DNA of 64,000 nt from contig NC_091999.1 of the NCBI RefSeq assembly GCF_044704955.1, positions 66,340,001 through 66,404,000 of the forward strand, in the 5' to 3' direction. Position 1 is the stretch's first letter, and the number at the start of each line of letters is the position of its first letter. The DNA is from Pristiophorus japonicus (lineage: Eukaryota). Of this stretch, positions 36,034 to 49,300 are shown one piece after another. A program made the translations under genes and the position numbers. Under the pieces are notes generated by a model that saw nothing but the letters and a program-made list of their open reading frames with translations, was not told the DNA's origin and ran no database searches.

Positions 36034-36215
36034 AGGTTAGAGAGATAGGGAGAGCTGTAGGAGCTCGAGGATTTTAGAGAGATAGGGAGTGGTGTAGGTC
36101 TGGAGGAAGTTACAGAGATAGGGAGGGTTGTCGGGGCTGGAGGAGTTTAGAGATAGGGAGGGGCGGGGCCATCGAGGGAATTGAACACGAGGCTGGGAAT
36201 TTTAAAATCAGCGCC
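36034..36215 (-). repeat. L2-clade LINE 3' fragment with ~33-bp tandem amplification
   Basis: (ggaggttacagagatagggag)-like units; the reverse complement resembles L2-type FKIL..FKSLHGLAPPYLCNLLQP, also seen at ~38210-38290, 42490-42570 and 52125-52205. Confidence 0.65.
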
Positions 36216-36559
36216 TCGCTGGGGCCGAGGAGGCAGGAGAAGTGCAGGAACACAACCCCCTCACTAACTACCCTGCACAAACCCTCATCATCTGTTAAAT
36301 CACCTGGAGTTCCACCGACACTCCTCCCCCTCTCTCATGGTATGTATCTACTCACTGCCTCTCTCAAAGCTTATCTCCTATTGACAATCCGTGTGAGTGC
36401 CCTCGTTGTCCCAGAATTGTTCCCCGTGGACACCGACTGACATTCCCCGTGCCTCCGCCGCCCTCCTCCTGTTCTGTGACGGCCGACAAATTCAGGTTGT
36501 GTTCCAGTCAGCAAGCAAAAGATCGGGGCAGCGGGGGAGGGAGGGCTCGTATAAATTAA

Positions 36560-36629
36560 AACACGTGGCGGGCCGGTTAGGGCTTGAGGGGCCGTTTCAG
36601 GCCCACAGGCCATATGTTTCACACCCCTG
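36560..36629. mobile_element. hAT (Charlie-like) DNA transposon terminus
   Basis: Reverse complement begins caggggtgtgaaacatatggcctgtgggcc, resembling Charlie/MER58-type termini; the partner TIR is not seen. Confidence 0.5.
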
Positions 36630-37660
36630 ATCAACCCTGTCAATCCCTGTAAGAATTATTATGGTTTGAAATGAGATCACCTCTCATTCTTCCAAACTGG
36701 AAAGAACATAGGCCGAATCTACTCAATCTCTGCTCACAGGACAATCCCCCATCCCAGGAATCAGTCTGGTGAACCTTCATTGCCATCCTCAGTGGCAAGT
36801 ACATCCTTCCTTAGGGAAACAATCAAAACTGTAAACAATCCTCCAGGTGTAGTCTCACCAGGGTCCTATATAATTGTAGTAAATCGTCCAAGAGCAAGTT
36901 AATATTTAAATGGAGAAAGATTGCAAAATGCCACAGTACAGTAGGACCTGGGGTTACTTGTGCATGAAACACAAAAGGATTGTATGCAGGTACAGCTAGT
37001 GATCAGGAAGGCCAATGGTATCTTGACCTTTATTGCAAAGGGGATGGAGTATAAAAGCAGGGAAGTCTTGTTACAGCTACATACGGTTTTGGTGAGGCCA
37101 CACCTGGAAAAATGCGTGCAGTTCTGGTTTCCATATTTACGAAAGGATATAATTGCTTTGGAGGCAGTTCATAGAAGGTTCACTAGGTTGATATAAGGGG
37201 TGAGCAGGTTTACTGATGAGGAAAGGTTGTGTAGTTTGGGCCTCTACTTATTGGAATTCAGAAAAATGAGAGGTGATCTTATCGAAACGTATAAGATTAT
37301 GAGGGGGTTTGACAAGGTGGATGCAGAGCTGATGTTTCCACAGATGGGGGAGACTCGAACGAGAGGGCATGATCTTAGAAGCAGGGGCCGCCCATTTAAA
37401 ACAGATGAGGAGGAATTTCTTATCTCAGAGGGTTGTAAATCTGTCGTACTCGCTGCCTCAGAGAGCTATGGAAGCTGGGACATAAAATAAATTTAAGACA
37501 GGAATAGTTTCTTAAATGATAAGGGGAGAAGGGGTTATGGGGAGCGGGTGGGTATGTAGAGCTGAGTCGATGATCAGATCAGCCATGATCTTATTGAATG
37601 GCGGAGCAGGCTCGATGGGCCGTATGGCCTACTCCAGTTCCTATTTCTTATGTTCTTATT
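36630..37660. mobile_element. CR1 fragments (- 36630-36885; + 36886-37660 with TTCTTATG tail)
   Basis: ORFs 36960-37196 and 37200-37490; tail ttcttatgttcttatt. Confidence 0.85.
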
Positions 37661-37661
37661 T

Positions 37662-39730
37662 TTACTATTATCCGCAAATACTTTTGCAATAAACAACATA
37701 AAATTTGGTTTCTTAATTGCTTGCTGTTCCTGCATATTAACTTTCAGTGATTCGTGTACAAGGACACCAAAATCCATCTGAACACCAGCATTTCCCAATC
37801 TCACACCATTTCCAGTAGCTGTTTCCAGTGCACTTTGGCTAAATCACATCTCAGCTTAGTAAAATTGTCTTTTCCCCAATTGAGAACCTTTATTCCTGGT
37901 CTATCTTCGTCCTTTTCCATACCTACCCGGAATCTAACTGAATTACGATTACTAGCACCAATGCTCACCCACTGATACCCCATCCACCTGCCCAGCTTCA
38001 GTCCCTAATACTAAGTCCAGAACTACCGCCTCTCTTGTTGAGTAGGCAACGTACTTGCTAAAATGTTCTGCTGGTTGCTGACCCCTCTGCGACGGGAAAT
38101 AGGTAATTCCGATCCACTCTATCTCGGCCCCTCATTATTTTATACACCTCATTAACGTCAGCCCTCAGCCTCCTCTGTTCCAAATAAAACAAACTATTAA
38201 GAAGGTTGGTGGGCTGCAGAAGGTTACAGAGATAGGGAAGGGTGAGTCCCTGGAGAGATTTGAACAAGAGAATGCGTATTTTAAAGGCTGATGCCACCAG
38301 CCATCTTGCCCAGCACAGAATGTGACTCACTACCAAAAGAAATGATGTTACATTAACTATTAGAAATGGGTATTGAGAGGAAATCAATCTCTGTCCCTTT
38401 AACTAACAGCGACATGGAAAGAGGTTAATGAATGACCTCTAAATACCTGCTCCACTTGGCACTGAAGTGTCTGAAACTCATAATAGGAACTCAGAAATGG
38501 AAATAAAATACTGACAGATGTTAAACTGTTTTGTTGACAAAATAAATCTCGATTTAACTTTTAAAAGATAAAAGTTGACACATACTCACCCGATAGGCCG
38601 ACTCAGGATCCACCCCTCAAGCAACGCGATTGGTTGCAGAACACGCTGCTCCCTTGGCCCACCAGTCTCCAACCTTTCTTCCTGTTGGATCCCAGGGCAA
38701 TGAATCAACACTCGGCAACATAATGCTGCCACATTAAGTTAAGGGGCTCGGAGGAAGAATTAAAATGAGGCGGTGAATCTGAGTTAAGAAATAAAATTTG
38801 AAAAGCATGATTAAATGAACGAGGAGAGACAATATAAACTAAAGGGTACAATCCTAAAGGGGGGTGCATGAACCGTGAGACCTGAAGGTATATGTGGACA
38901 AATCGCTGAAGTGACAGGACTGGTTGGGAAAGCAGTTAAAAAAGCTGACAGGATCCTGGGCATCACAGAGTACAAAAGCAAGGAGAATATGATGAACCTT
39001 TGTAAAACACTGGTTGGGCCTCAACTGGAGCATTACGTCCAATTCTGGGCACCGCCAATTGGGATGGGATACCCGTAGAGAGGATGCAGAAGAGATTGAC
39101 AAGAATGATTCACGAGATGAGGGACTTCAGTTACGTGACATGACTGGAGAAGCTGGGGTTGTTCTCCTTGGAGCAGAGAACTTTGAGAGGAGAATTGATT
39201 GAGGTGTTCAAAATCATGACGGGTCGGGACAGAGTGGATAGAGAGATACTATTCCCATTCGTGGAAGTGTCAAGAACCAGAGGAGACGGATTTAAGGTGA
39301 ATGAGCAGAAGAACCAAAGGCGACGTAAGAAAAAGCTATTTCATGCAGCGAATCATCAGGATCTGGAATGCACGGCCTGAAAGGATGGTGCAGGGAGACT
39401 CAATCACAGCTTTCAAAAGGGAATTGGATAAGTATCTGAAAGAAAACATTTGCAGGGATGGGGGAAAGGGCGGGGCAGTGGGACTAGCTGAAAGCCGGCA
39501 ATTGCTCGACCGGCCGAATGGCCTTCCGTGATGTAACCGTTCTCTGATTGTGTGAGCAGAACTCTGTTCCCTGACACAATCTAGAGCCTTCCTGATTGTG
39601 AGCACCCCTGTTAAACCCGTCGACCTCATCCTCAAATATATTCAATGATCCAGCCTCCACAGCTCTCTGGGGCAGAGAATTCCACAGATTTGCAAGAAGA
39701 AATTCCTCCTCATCTCAGTTTTAAATGGTC
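37662..39730 (-). repeat. Inverted copy of the start of the segmental duplication unit (arm 1)
   Basis: Reverse complement of 39541-39620 matches 41180-41262 and 50795-50876; the same mosaic of old CR1/L2 pieces and unique sequence appears in reverse order. Confidence 0.9.
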
Positions 39731-40009
39731 TGAGGAGAAAGGTTGCATTTCTAAATAGATACTGGGATGCTTTGGGCACTGAAACATGTTCATTCCGGCA
39801 ACTATTTTTCGTTTCTGATTATCTTAATAACCACTATATATGGGCTGGAGATTAAAATCTTTTATAAATGTTAAACAAATTATCTTCGTTTCAAACACAG
39901 TTTGTCGAATATTTGATTCCTCGCACTGCCATTTTGATTCAGTGAGTAGCAAAGCACATGCGCCGGCATCTTGGTGCAGAAACAAAGTGAATGATGTCAG
40001 TGTCTGGAA

Positions 40010-40465
40010 CTGAAACCAAACAGTCAGTACCTTCAGGGGAGGGGAACCAGTGTTAGTAGAACTGAACCCAGCCAGAGTCAGCACCTTCAGGGGTGGGGAA
40101 CCAGTGAGTGTAGAACTGAACCCAGCCAGAGTCAGCACCTTCAGGGGAGGGGAACCAGTGAGTGTTGAGCTGAACCTAGCCAGAGTCAGCACCTTCAGGG
40201 GAGGGGAACCAGTGAGTGTAGAACTGAACTCAGCCAGATTTAGCACCTTCAGGGGAGGGGAACCAGTCAGTGTAGAACTGAACCCAGCCAGAGTCAGAAC
40301 CTTCAGGGGAGGGGAACCAGTCAGTGTAGAACTGAACCCAGCCAGATTCAGAACTTCAGGGGAGGGGAACCAGTGAGTGTAGAACTGAACCAAGCCAGAT
40401 TCAGAAACTTCAGGGGAGGGGAACCAGTAAGTGTAGAACTGAACCCAGCCAGAGTCAGTACCTTG
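40010..40465. repeat. 54-bp minisatellite (gaactgaacccagccagagtcagcaccttcaggggaggggaaccagtgagtgta), ~8 copies
   Basis: Read directly; yields an 18-aa repeat VELNPARVSTFRGGEPVS. Confidence 0.95.
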
Positions 40466-40474
40466 CGGGACCAG

Positions 40475-41050
40475 TGATTGATTGGTGCCATGGCCCGACC
40501 CCCGCCACTGATTGGTGGGAAGCAGCGCGCTGGGTGGGCTGGTTACCCGCGCCGCCTCGCGATTGGCTGCGGGCTGAGTGTTGCGGGCGGGCGGTTGGGG
40601 GGTTTGTTGGTGGGCTCCGCTCGCAGCCTTTGAGCTCGGGGCCCTGGTGAAACGGGGCGGAGTTGTGCGCAGGTGCGGGGCCAGCCTATGGTGGGAAATT
40701 AGCTACTGACGGACGAGGTTTTGCCACCCCCGTGGAGGATGGATGAGCAGCCCGGGCAGTGCTCCCAGCCTCCCTGAGGACTCAGACACTCATGGACACG
40801 CGCGGGTGTTGAGATTTGGCCGCCGAATCGGTGGGTGGCGGCTGCGGGTCACCTTCGGGTGGGGACGGGCCTTGGTTCCTGTCGGGAGTTGCCAGGAGTT
40901 TGGCCGCCATCTTTGGGCAGCACGGGTCCGCCCGCCACTGGGGCGGGGCTTCCTCGACGTCACAATAATTTCCATTGTGCCGCTGCAGAGCAGGGAGCAT
41001 GCGCGGCGTCCATCTTACTGCAGGGAGCAGGTGCAGGATGGGGACCAGTG
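40475..41050. promoter_or_regulatory. CpG-island promoter-like region
   Basis: CpG-rich; ATTGG (reverse CCAAT) at 40481, 40511 and 40562; GC boxes at ~40583, 40653 and 40941; YY1 consensus GCCGCCATCTT at 40903-40913; GACGTCA at 40956-40962; GCATGCGC at ~40997. Confidence 0.7.
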
Positions 41051-42002
41051 AAAAGAATGCATGAGAATATCAGAAAAAGCAGATGAGTCGGCCCTTTGGC
41101 CCTCGAGTTTGCCGCCATTCAATAAGATGATGACTGCAGCATCTGGGGTGGTTCTCCTTGGAGTAGTGACGATGCAGGGCAGGTTTAACAGAGGTGCTCA
41201 CAATCAGGAAGGCTTTAGATTTAATCAGAGAACAGAGTTATTCTGCTCACACAATCAGAGAATGCTTACAGCAGGGAAGGCCGTTCGGCTCGTCGAGCCG
41301 TTGCCTACTCCCAGCTAGTCCCACTGCCCGCCCTTTCCCCCAGCCCTGCAAATGTTTTCTTTCAGATACTTATCCAACTTTCTTTTTTTTTTAAAGCTGT
41401 GATTGAGTCTGCCTCCACCACCCTTTCCAGCCGTTCATTCCGGATCCTAACCACTCGCTGCGTAAAATAGATTTTTCTGATGTCACCTTTGGTTCTTTTG
41501 CCAATCACCTTAAATACGTCTCTTCTGGTTCTCAACACTTCTGCCAGTGGGACCAGTATCTCTCTATCTACTCTGTCCAGATCTCTCATGATTTTGAACA
41601 GTTCTCTGCTCCAAGGCATACAACCCCAGCTTCTCCAGTCAATCCACGTAACTGAAGTCCCTGATCTCGTGAATCATTCTTGTCAATCTTTTCTGCACCC
41701 TCTCTAAGGCCTTCACATCCTAATGTGAGGTGCCCAGAATTGGAAACAATGATCCAGTCGAGACCGAACCAGTGTTTTATAACGGTTCATCATAATCTCC
41801 TTGCTTTGGTACTCTGTGATGCCCAGGATCCTGTAAGCTTTTTTAACTGCTTTCTCAACCTGTCCTGTTACTTCAGTATCTTGTGCACATATACCCGCAG
41901 GTCTCACTGTTCATGCACCCACTTTCAGATTGTACCCTTTAGTTTATATTGCCTCTCCTCATTCATTTAATCATGCTTTTTTAATTTTATTTCTTCACTC
42001 AG

Positions 42003-42189
42003 ATTCACGGCCTCATTTTATTTCTTCCTCCGAGGCCCTGAACTTCATCTGGCAGCATAATGTTGGCGAGTGGTGATTGATTGCCCTGGGAACTAATAGG
42101 AAGAGAGATCAGAGGCCGGAGGGCCCAGGGAGAACCGTGTTCTGCAACAATCACGTGCTGGAGGGGTGGATCCTGAGTCGGCCTGTCAG
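42003..42189 (+). other. Candidate non-coding exon (paralogues at ~38590-38778 on - and ~51638-51826 on +)
   Basis: Polypyrimidine tract + CAG acceptor (tttatttcttcactcag|) and CAG|GTGAGT donor; no reading frame conserved across copies. Confidence 0.5.
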
Positions 42190-43837
42190 GTGAGTCTGTG
42201 TGAACCCTGTTTAACAATTCATGTTTTAAAAGTTAAAACGAGATTTCTTTTGTCAACAAAACAGCTTTAAATTTGTCAGTAGTTTGTTTTCCTGGAGTTC
42301 CTATTATGAGTTTCAGACACTTCAATGCCAAGTGGACCAGGTGTTTCAAGATCTTTCATGTCCCTCTTTCCATCTCGCTGTGAGTGAAAGGGACAGAGAT
42401 TGACTTCCCCGCATTATGCATTTGTAGTAGTTAAAGTAACATCCTTCTTGTTGGTAGTGAGTTACATTCTGTGCGGGGTGGTGGCATCAGCCTTTAAAAT
42501 AATCATCCTCTTTTTCAAATCTCTCCAGGGTCTCACCGTTCCCTATCTCTGTAACCTCCTCCAGCCCATCAACCCACTTAATAGTTTGTTTTCTTTGGAA
42601 CAGAAGAGGCTGTGGGAAGACCATAATGAGGTGTATAAAATTATGATAAGCCCAGATAGAGTGGATAGGAAGGACCTATTTCCATTCGCAGTGGGGTCAG
42701 CAACCAGCAGAACTACTTAGCCAGTACGTAGCAAGCCCAACAAGAGAGGGGGACGTTCTGGACTTAGTATTAGGGACTGAAGCTGGACAGTTGGACGGGG
42801 TATCAGTGGGACAGCATTCTGGTGCTGGTGTTCGTAATTCAGTTAGATTTCGGGTAGTTATCGAAAAGGACAACGATAGATCAGGAATAAATGTTCTCAA
42901 TTGGGGAAAAGCCAATTTTACTAAGCTGAGTTGTGAATTAGCCAAAGTGGACTGGAAACAGCTACTTGAAATGGTGAGAGATTGGGAAACGTTGGTGTTC
43001 AGAGGGACTTTGGTGTCCTTGTAATCGAGTCACTGAAAGTTAATATGCAGGTACAGCAAGCAACGACGAAAGCAAATGGATTGATTGCCTTTATTGCAAG
43101 AGGATTTGAGGACAAGAGTAATGACATCTTACTGCAATTATATAGGACCCTGGTGAGACGCCACCTGGAGTATTGTGTACAGTTTTGGCTGCTTAGCTAA
43201 GGAAGGATGTACTTGCCATTGAGGTTGGCAACGAAGGTTCACCAAACTGAATTACTGGGATGGGAGGATTGTCCTATGAGGAGAGATTGCACAGACTAGG
43301 CATGCATTCTCTCGAGTTTAGAATAATGAGAGATGATCGCATTGAAACATACAAAAAGCTTACAGTGCGTGACTGGATAGATGCAGGGATGATGTTTCCT
43401 CTGGCCGAGGAGTCGAGTACGAGGGGTCACAGTCTCAAAATAAGGGGTTGGCCATTTAGAACTGAGATGAGCAGAAACTTACTCACTCATTAATCTTTGT
43501 AATTCTCTACCCCAGACGGTGTGGAGGCTCTGTCTTTGAGTATATTCAAGACAGATCGAGAGATTCATATATATTATGGGAATGAAGGGATATGGAATAG
43601 TGCAGGAAAGTGGACTTGAGGTAGAAGATCAGCCATGATATCATTGAATTGAAGCGCGGGCTCGAGGGGCCGAATGGCATACTCCAGCTCTAAGAAAACC
43701 TATGTTCTTATGTTGAAGTAAAATCAGTCTCAGAGCAGTGGGAGGCATTCAAGGAGTTGAAAATGAAGTTTCAGAAGAAGTAGGTTATCTTAAAGGAAAA
43801 GGATTAGACTTATAAATCTAGAGCCCCCTGGATGGCA

Positions 43838-46800
43838 ACATAAGATATAGGAACAGGAGTAGGCCATATGATCCCTCGAGCCTGCTCCGCCATTCAATGA
43901 GATCATGGCTGATCATCGCCCTCAACTCCACTTACCCGCCTGATATCCATATCCATAGATTCACCGAGAGTCCAAAAATCTATCTATCTCAACCTTGAAT
44001 ATACTGAGCACCAAAGCACTCTGGGGGAGAGAATGCCAAAAATTCACAACCCTCTGAGTGAAGATATTCCTCCTCGTCTCTGTCTTAAATGGCCGACCAT
44101 TATCTTGAGACTGTGCTCCTAGTTCTCGACAGTCCAGCCAGGGGAATCAACCTCTCAGCATCTAACCTGTCAGTTCCCTTTAGAACCCAGTATGTTTCAA
44201 TGAGATCACCTCTAATTATTCTCAACTCGAGAGTGTATAGGCCCATTCTACACACTATCTCATCATCAGACAGCCCTCCCATCCCAGGAATCAGTCTTAC
44301 GAAACTATGTTGAACCGTCTGCAAATCAAGTTTTTCCGTCCTGAGATAAGGAGACCAAACTGTGCCCAGTACTCCAGGTGTGGTCTCAACAAGGCCCTGT
44401 ACAGTTGTAGCAAGACCTCCTTACTCTTGTACTCCAAACCCTTGCAATAAAGGACAAACCATTTGCCGGCCTTATTGCTTGCGTACCTGCATGCTCACTT
44501 TCTGTGTGTCTTGCACGAGGACACCCCAAATCTCTCTGAACACCAACGTTTAAAGGTTTCTCATCAATTAAAAGATATTCTGTTTTCTATTGTTCCTACC
44601 AAAGTGAATAACCTCACATTTCCCTGCATTATACTCCATCTGCCACCTTACTGCCCACTCACATAGTTTATATATATATCGTGCAGACTCTTGTGTTCTC
44701 ACAGCTTACTGTCCCACCTAGTTTTGTATCATCAGCAAATTTAGATACATTACACTCGGTTCTTTCATCCAGGTCATTAATCATAAAATCATCGAAATTT
44801 ACAGCATGGCAGGAGACCATTTCAGCCTACTGTGTCCGTGCCGGCCGACAAACAGCTATCCAGCCGAATCGCACTCTCCAGCTCTCGGTCCGTAGCCCTG
44901 TAGCTGATGGCACTATAAGTGCACATCCAAGTATTTGTAAATGTGGTGAGAGTTTCAGCCTCTACCATCCTTTCAGGCAGTGAGTTCCAGACCCCTACAA
45001 ACCTCTGGGTGAAGACATTTCCCTTTGTATCACCTCTAAACCAATTACTTTAAATGTCTGCGCCCTTGTTGCTGATCCCTCTGCCAAGAGAAATAGGTCG
45101 TTCGTATCCACTCTATCCAGGCCCCTCATGATTTAATACACTTCCATCAGATCACCCCTCAGTGTCCTCTGTTCCAAAGAAAACAGACCCAGAATCTCCA
45201 ATCTTTCCTCATAGCTAAAATTCTCCAGTCCAGGCAACATTCTTGTAAATCTCCTCTGTACCCTTTCCAGTACAATGACATCTTTCCTGTAATATAGCGA
45301 CCAGAACTGCACACATATTCCAACTGCGGCCTAACCAGGTCAAGCATAACCTCCTAGCTCTTGTATTCCATGCCTCGACTAATAAAGATCATTCTTCCAT
45401 ATGCCTTCTTAACCACCTTATCTACCTGGCCTGCCAGCTTCAGGGATCTGTGGACCTGCACTCCAAGGTCCCTTTGTTCCTCGACAATTTACAGTGTTGT
45501 ACCATTAAATGTGTAATCCCTTGCCTTGTTAGACCTCCCCAAATACATTACCTCACACTTTTCCGGATTGAATTCCATTTGCCACTTTACTGCCCGCCTG
45601 ACCTGAATATTTCCAGCTTCCTGCAGTGTGCAGTTTTCTTTTTAATTCTCAACAACACAGCCTATTTTAGTGTCATCTGCAAACGTCTTCATCGTACCCC
45701 CAACATTGAATTACAAGTCATTGATATGTACCACAAAAAACAAGGGATCCAGCACTGAGCTCTGCAGAATCCCACTGGAAACTTCCTTCCAGTCACAAAA
45801 ACAGCGAATGGCCTGCTCCTGCAACTATTTTCTATGTTTCTGTGACCCAACTTCCACACCTCTCTGAGGTAGCAAATTCCACAGATTTATAACCCTTTGA
45901 TAGAAGACATTCCTCCTCATCTCAGTTTTAAATGGGTGGCCCCTTATTCTAAGATGATGCCCTCTACTTCGAGTCTCCCCCATCAGTGGAAACATCCTCA
46001 CTGCATCCACCTTGTCCCGCCCCCACATAATCTTATACGTTTCGATAAGATCACCTCTCATTCTTCTGAATTCCAATGAATAGAGGCCCAAACGACTCAC
46101 ACTTTCATCATAAGTCATCCCCCTCATCCCCGAAACCTTCTCCGAACTGCCTCCAAAGCAAGTCTATCATTTCATAAACATGGATCTGGAAGGCCAAGAT
46201 TCCATTCGCTTTCCTGATCACTTGCTGTACCTTCATACTGTCCTTTTCTGCTTAATGCACAAGTACCCCCAGGTCCCGCTGTACTGCAGCACTTTGCAAT
46301 CTTTCTCCATTTATATAATAACTTGCTCTTTGATTTTTTTTCTGCCAAAGTGCATGACCTCACACTTTCTAATATTATACACTCTCTGCCAAATGTTTTC
46401 CCATTCACTTAGCCTGTCCATGTCCTTTTGCAGATTTTATGTGCCCTCACACATTGCTTTTCCTCCCATCTTTGTATCGTCAGCAAACTTGCCAATGTTA
46501 CACTCAGTCCCTTCTTCCAAGTCCTTTAATATAGAATGTAAATAGTTGGGGTCCCAGCACTGATCCCTGCAGCACTCCACTAGTTACTGGTTGCCAATCA
46601 GAGAATGAACCATTTATCTGACTCTTTGTTTTCTGTTAGTTAGCCAATCCTCTATCATTGATGAGATATTAGCCCCAACCGCGTGAACTTTTATCTTGTC
46701 CAGTAACCTTTTACGTGGTACCTTGTCAAATGCCTTCTGGAACGCCAAATACACTACACTCACTGGTTCCCCTTTATCCACCCTGTTTGTTACATCCTCA

Positions 46801-48878
46801 AAGAATTCCAGCAAATTTGGCAAACATGTCTTCCCTTCATAAATCCATGCTGACTCTGCCTGACCGAATATTGCTTTTCCAAATATCCTGCTTCTGCTTC
46901 TTTAATAATGGACTCCAACATTTTCCCAACCACAGATGTCAGGCGAACTGGTCTCACGTTTCCTGCTTGTTGTCTGCCTCCTTTTTTAAATAAGGGCATT
47001 ACATTTGCAGTTTTCCAATTGCTGGTACCTCCCCAGAATCCAGGGTTTTTTTGTAAATTACAACCAATGCATCCACTGTCCCTCTGCTCCTTCTCTTAAG
47101 ACCCGAGGATGCAAGCCATCAGGTCCAGGAGATTTATCCGCCTTTAATCCCAATATCTTACTGAGTACCACCTTCTTAGTGGTTGTGTTAATTTCCTCCC
47201 CCCTGTAGCCCCTTGACTGTCCACTGTTGGGATATTGTTAGTGTCCTCCACCGTAAAGACCGACAGAAAATATTTATTCAGTGTTTCTGCCATCTCCATG
47301 TTCCCCATTACTAATTACCTGATCTCATCCTCGAATAGACCAACATTTACTTTAGCCATTCTTTTGCTTTTTATATACCTATAGAAACTCTTGCTATCTG
47401 TTTTTATATTTTGTGCTAGTTTACTTTCATAGTCTATCTTCCCTTTCTTAATCATTTTTTAATCATTCTTTGCTGGCTTTTAAAAGCTTCCTAGTCTTCT
47501 GTCCTCCCACTAGTTTTAGCCATTTTGTATGCCCTTGTTTTTAATTGGATACCGTCCTTTATTTCTTCAGTTAGCCACGGATGGCTATCTTTTCTTTTAC
47601 ACCCTTTCCTCCTCCCTGGAATATATTTGACTTGAGAGTTGTGCAATATATCCTTCAATGGACACCTCTGTTCATCAACCGACCTACACTTTAATCTATT
47701 TTCTCAGTCCACATTACGCAACTCTGCCCTCATGCCTACATAGTCTCCTTTACTGAAGATTAGTACGCTGGTTAGAGATCCATCGTTCTCACCCATCAAC
47801 TGAATTTCAAATTCAGATCATGCTATGATCACTCAGTCCAAGGGACTCTTTACTCGGAGATTGTTTAGTAAGCCTGTCTCATTACACAGGACCAGATCTA
47901 AGATAGTCTGCCCCCTGGTTGGTGCCATTCCATACTGCTGAAGGAACCCATCCCTTATGCACTCTATGAACTCAAGGCTACCCTGACCAATTTGATTTGT
48001 CCAATCAATATGGAGGTTAAAATCACCCATGATTATTGCTGTTCCCTTTTTACAAGCCCCTACTATTTCCTGGTTTATGCACTGACCAACAGAGTAGCTA
48101 TTGTTCGGGGGCCGAGAGACTACAGCCAAGAGTGACTTTTTCCGCTTTTTGTTCCTTATCTCCACCCAAACTGTTTCAACATCCTGATCATTTGAGCCAA
48201 TATCGTTTCTTAATATTGCAGTGCTCCCATCGTTTATCAATAGAGCTACCCCACCTCCTTTTCCTTTCTGTCTGTCCTTCTGGATTGTCCAGTACCGCTG
48301 AATATTTAATTCCCAGAACTGGACACCATGCAGCCACGTCTCTGTAATGGCGATCGGATCATACCCATTTGTATCTATTTGTGTCGTCAACTCATACATT
48401 TCGTTACAAATGCTACGTGCATTTCGACAACGTGCCTTTAAGTTTGTTTTTTAACACTTGTTTCCTGCTTGTTTCCTCTCTTCTTCAAACTCACTTTCGT
48501 TATTTTTGCTTTCTATTGTAGCTTTACTCCCCTCCCTACTGAATCTAATTTCAGGTTCCCATCCCCCTGCCAAGCTAATTTAAACTCTCCCCAACAGCAC
48601 CAACAAATCACCACCCCCCCGCGAGGATATTAATCCCGGCTCTGTTGAGGTGCAACCCGTCTAGTTTGTACAGGTCCCACCTCCCCCAGAAGCGGTCCCA
48701 CTACACCAGAAAACAAACGCCCTCCCGCCTGCACCATCTCTCCAGCCACGCATTCATCTGCTCTATCGACCTGTTTCTGTACTCACTCGCTCGTGACATC
48801 GGGAGGAATCCGGTGATTACTAGCTTTGAGGTCCCGCTTTTTAATCGCTCTCCATACTCCCTAAACTTTGCCTGCTGG
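43838..48878 (-). mobile_element. Stacked minus-strand CR1 fragments in copy A (43838-44780, 44783-45800, 45845-48878; the last reaches the ORF1 C-terminus)
   Basis: RT, EN (47833-48399) and ORF1 (LVITGFLP...NAWLERWCRREG) motifs. Confidence 0.88.
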
Positions 48879-48882
48879 AGAG

Positions 48883-49300
48883 AGGAGGGAGGGGAACCAG
48901 TGAGCGTGGAACTGAATCCAACCAGAGTCAGCACCTTCAGGGGAGGGGAACCTGTGAGTACAGAACTGAACACAGCCAGAGTCAGTACCTTGAGGGGAAG
49001 GGAATCTGTGAGTGTATAACTGAACCCAGCCAGAGTCAGCACCTTCAGGGGAGGGGAAAATGTGAGTACAGAACTGAACCCAGCCAGAGTCAGTACCTTG
49101 AGGGGAGGGGAACCTGTGAGTGTAGAACTGAAACCAGCCAGTGTCAGCACCTTCAGGGGATGAGAGGGGGTCCAGTGAGTGTAGAACTGATTCCAGCCCG
49201 AGACAGCACCTTAAGGGGTGGGGACAGAGGGTAGGGAGGGGAACCAGTGAATGCAGAACTGAAACCAGACAGATTCAGCATCTTCAGGGTAGGAAAGGAG
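48883..49300. repeat. 54-bp minisatellite array
   Basis: Same unit as 40010-40465. Confidence 0.92.

Noticed and set aside
38590-38778. In-frame TGA as selenocysteine in the candidate exon
   Set aside because: The frame is not conserved in the two paralogues, and I see no SECIS element or selenoprotein similarity.
39824-40393. 189-aa repeat protein (and similar ORFs at 48701, 58462 and 58511)
   Set aside because: A consequence of a stop-free 54-bp unit; no splice or coding context.
40010-40465. CRISPR-like array
   Set aside because: The units are head-to-tail with no unique spacers and no cas genes, in a eukaryotic context; it is a minisatellite.
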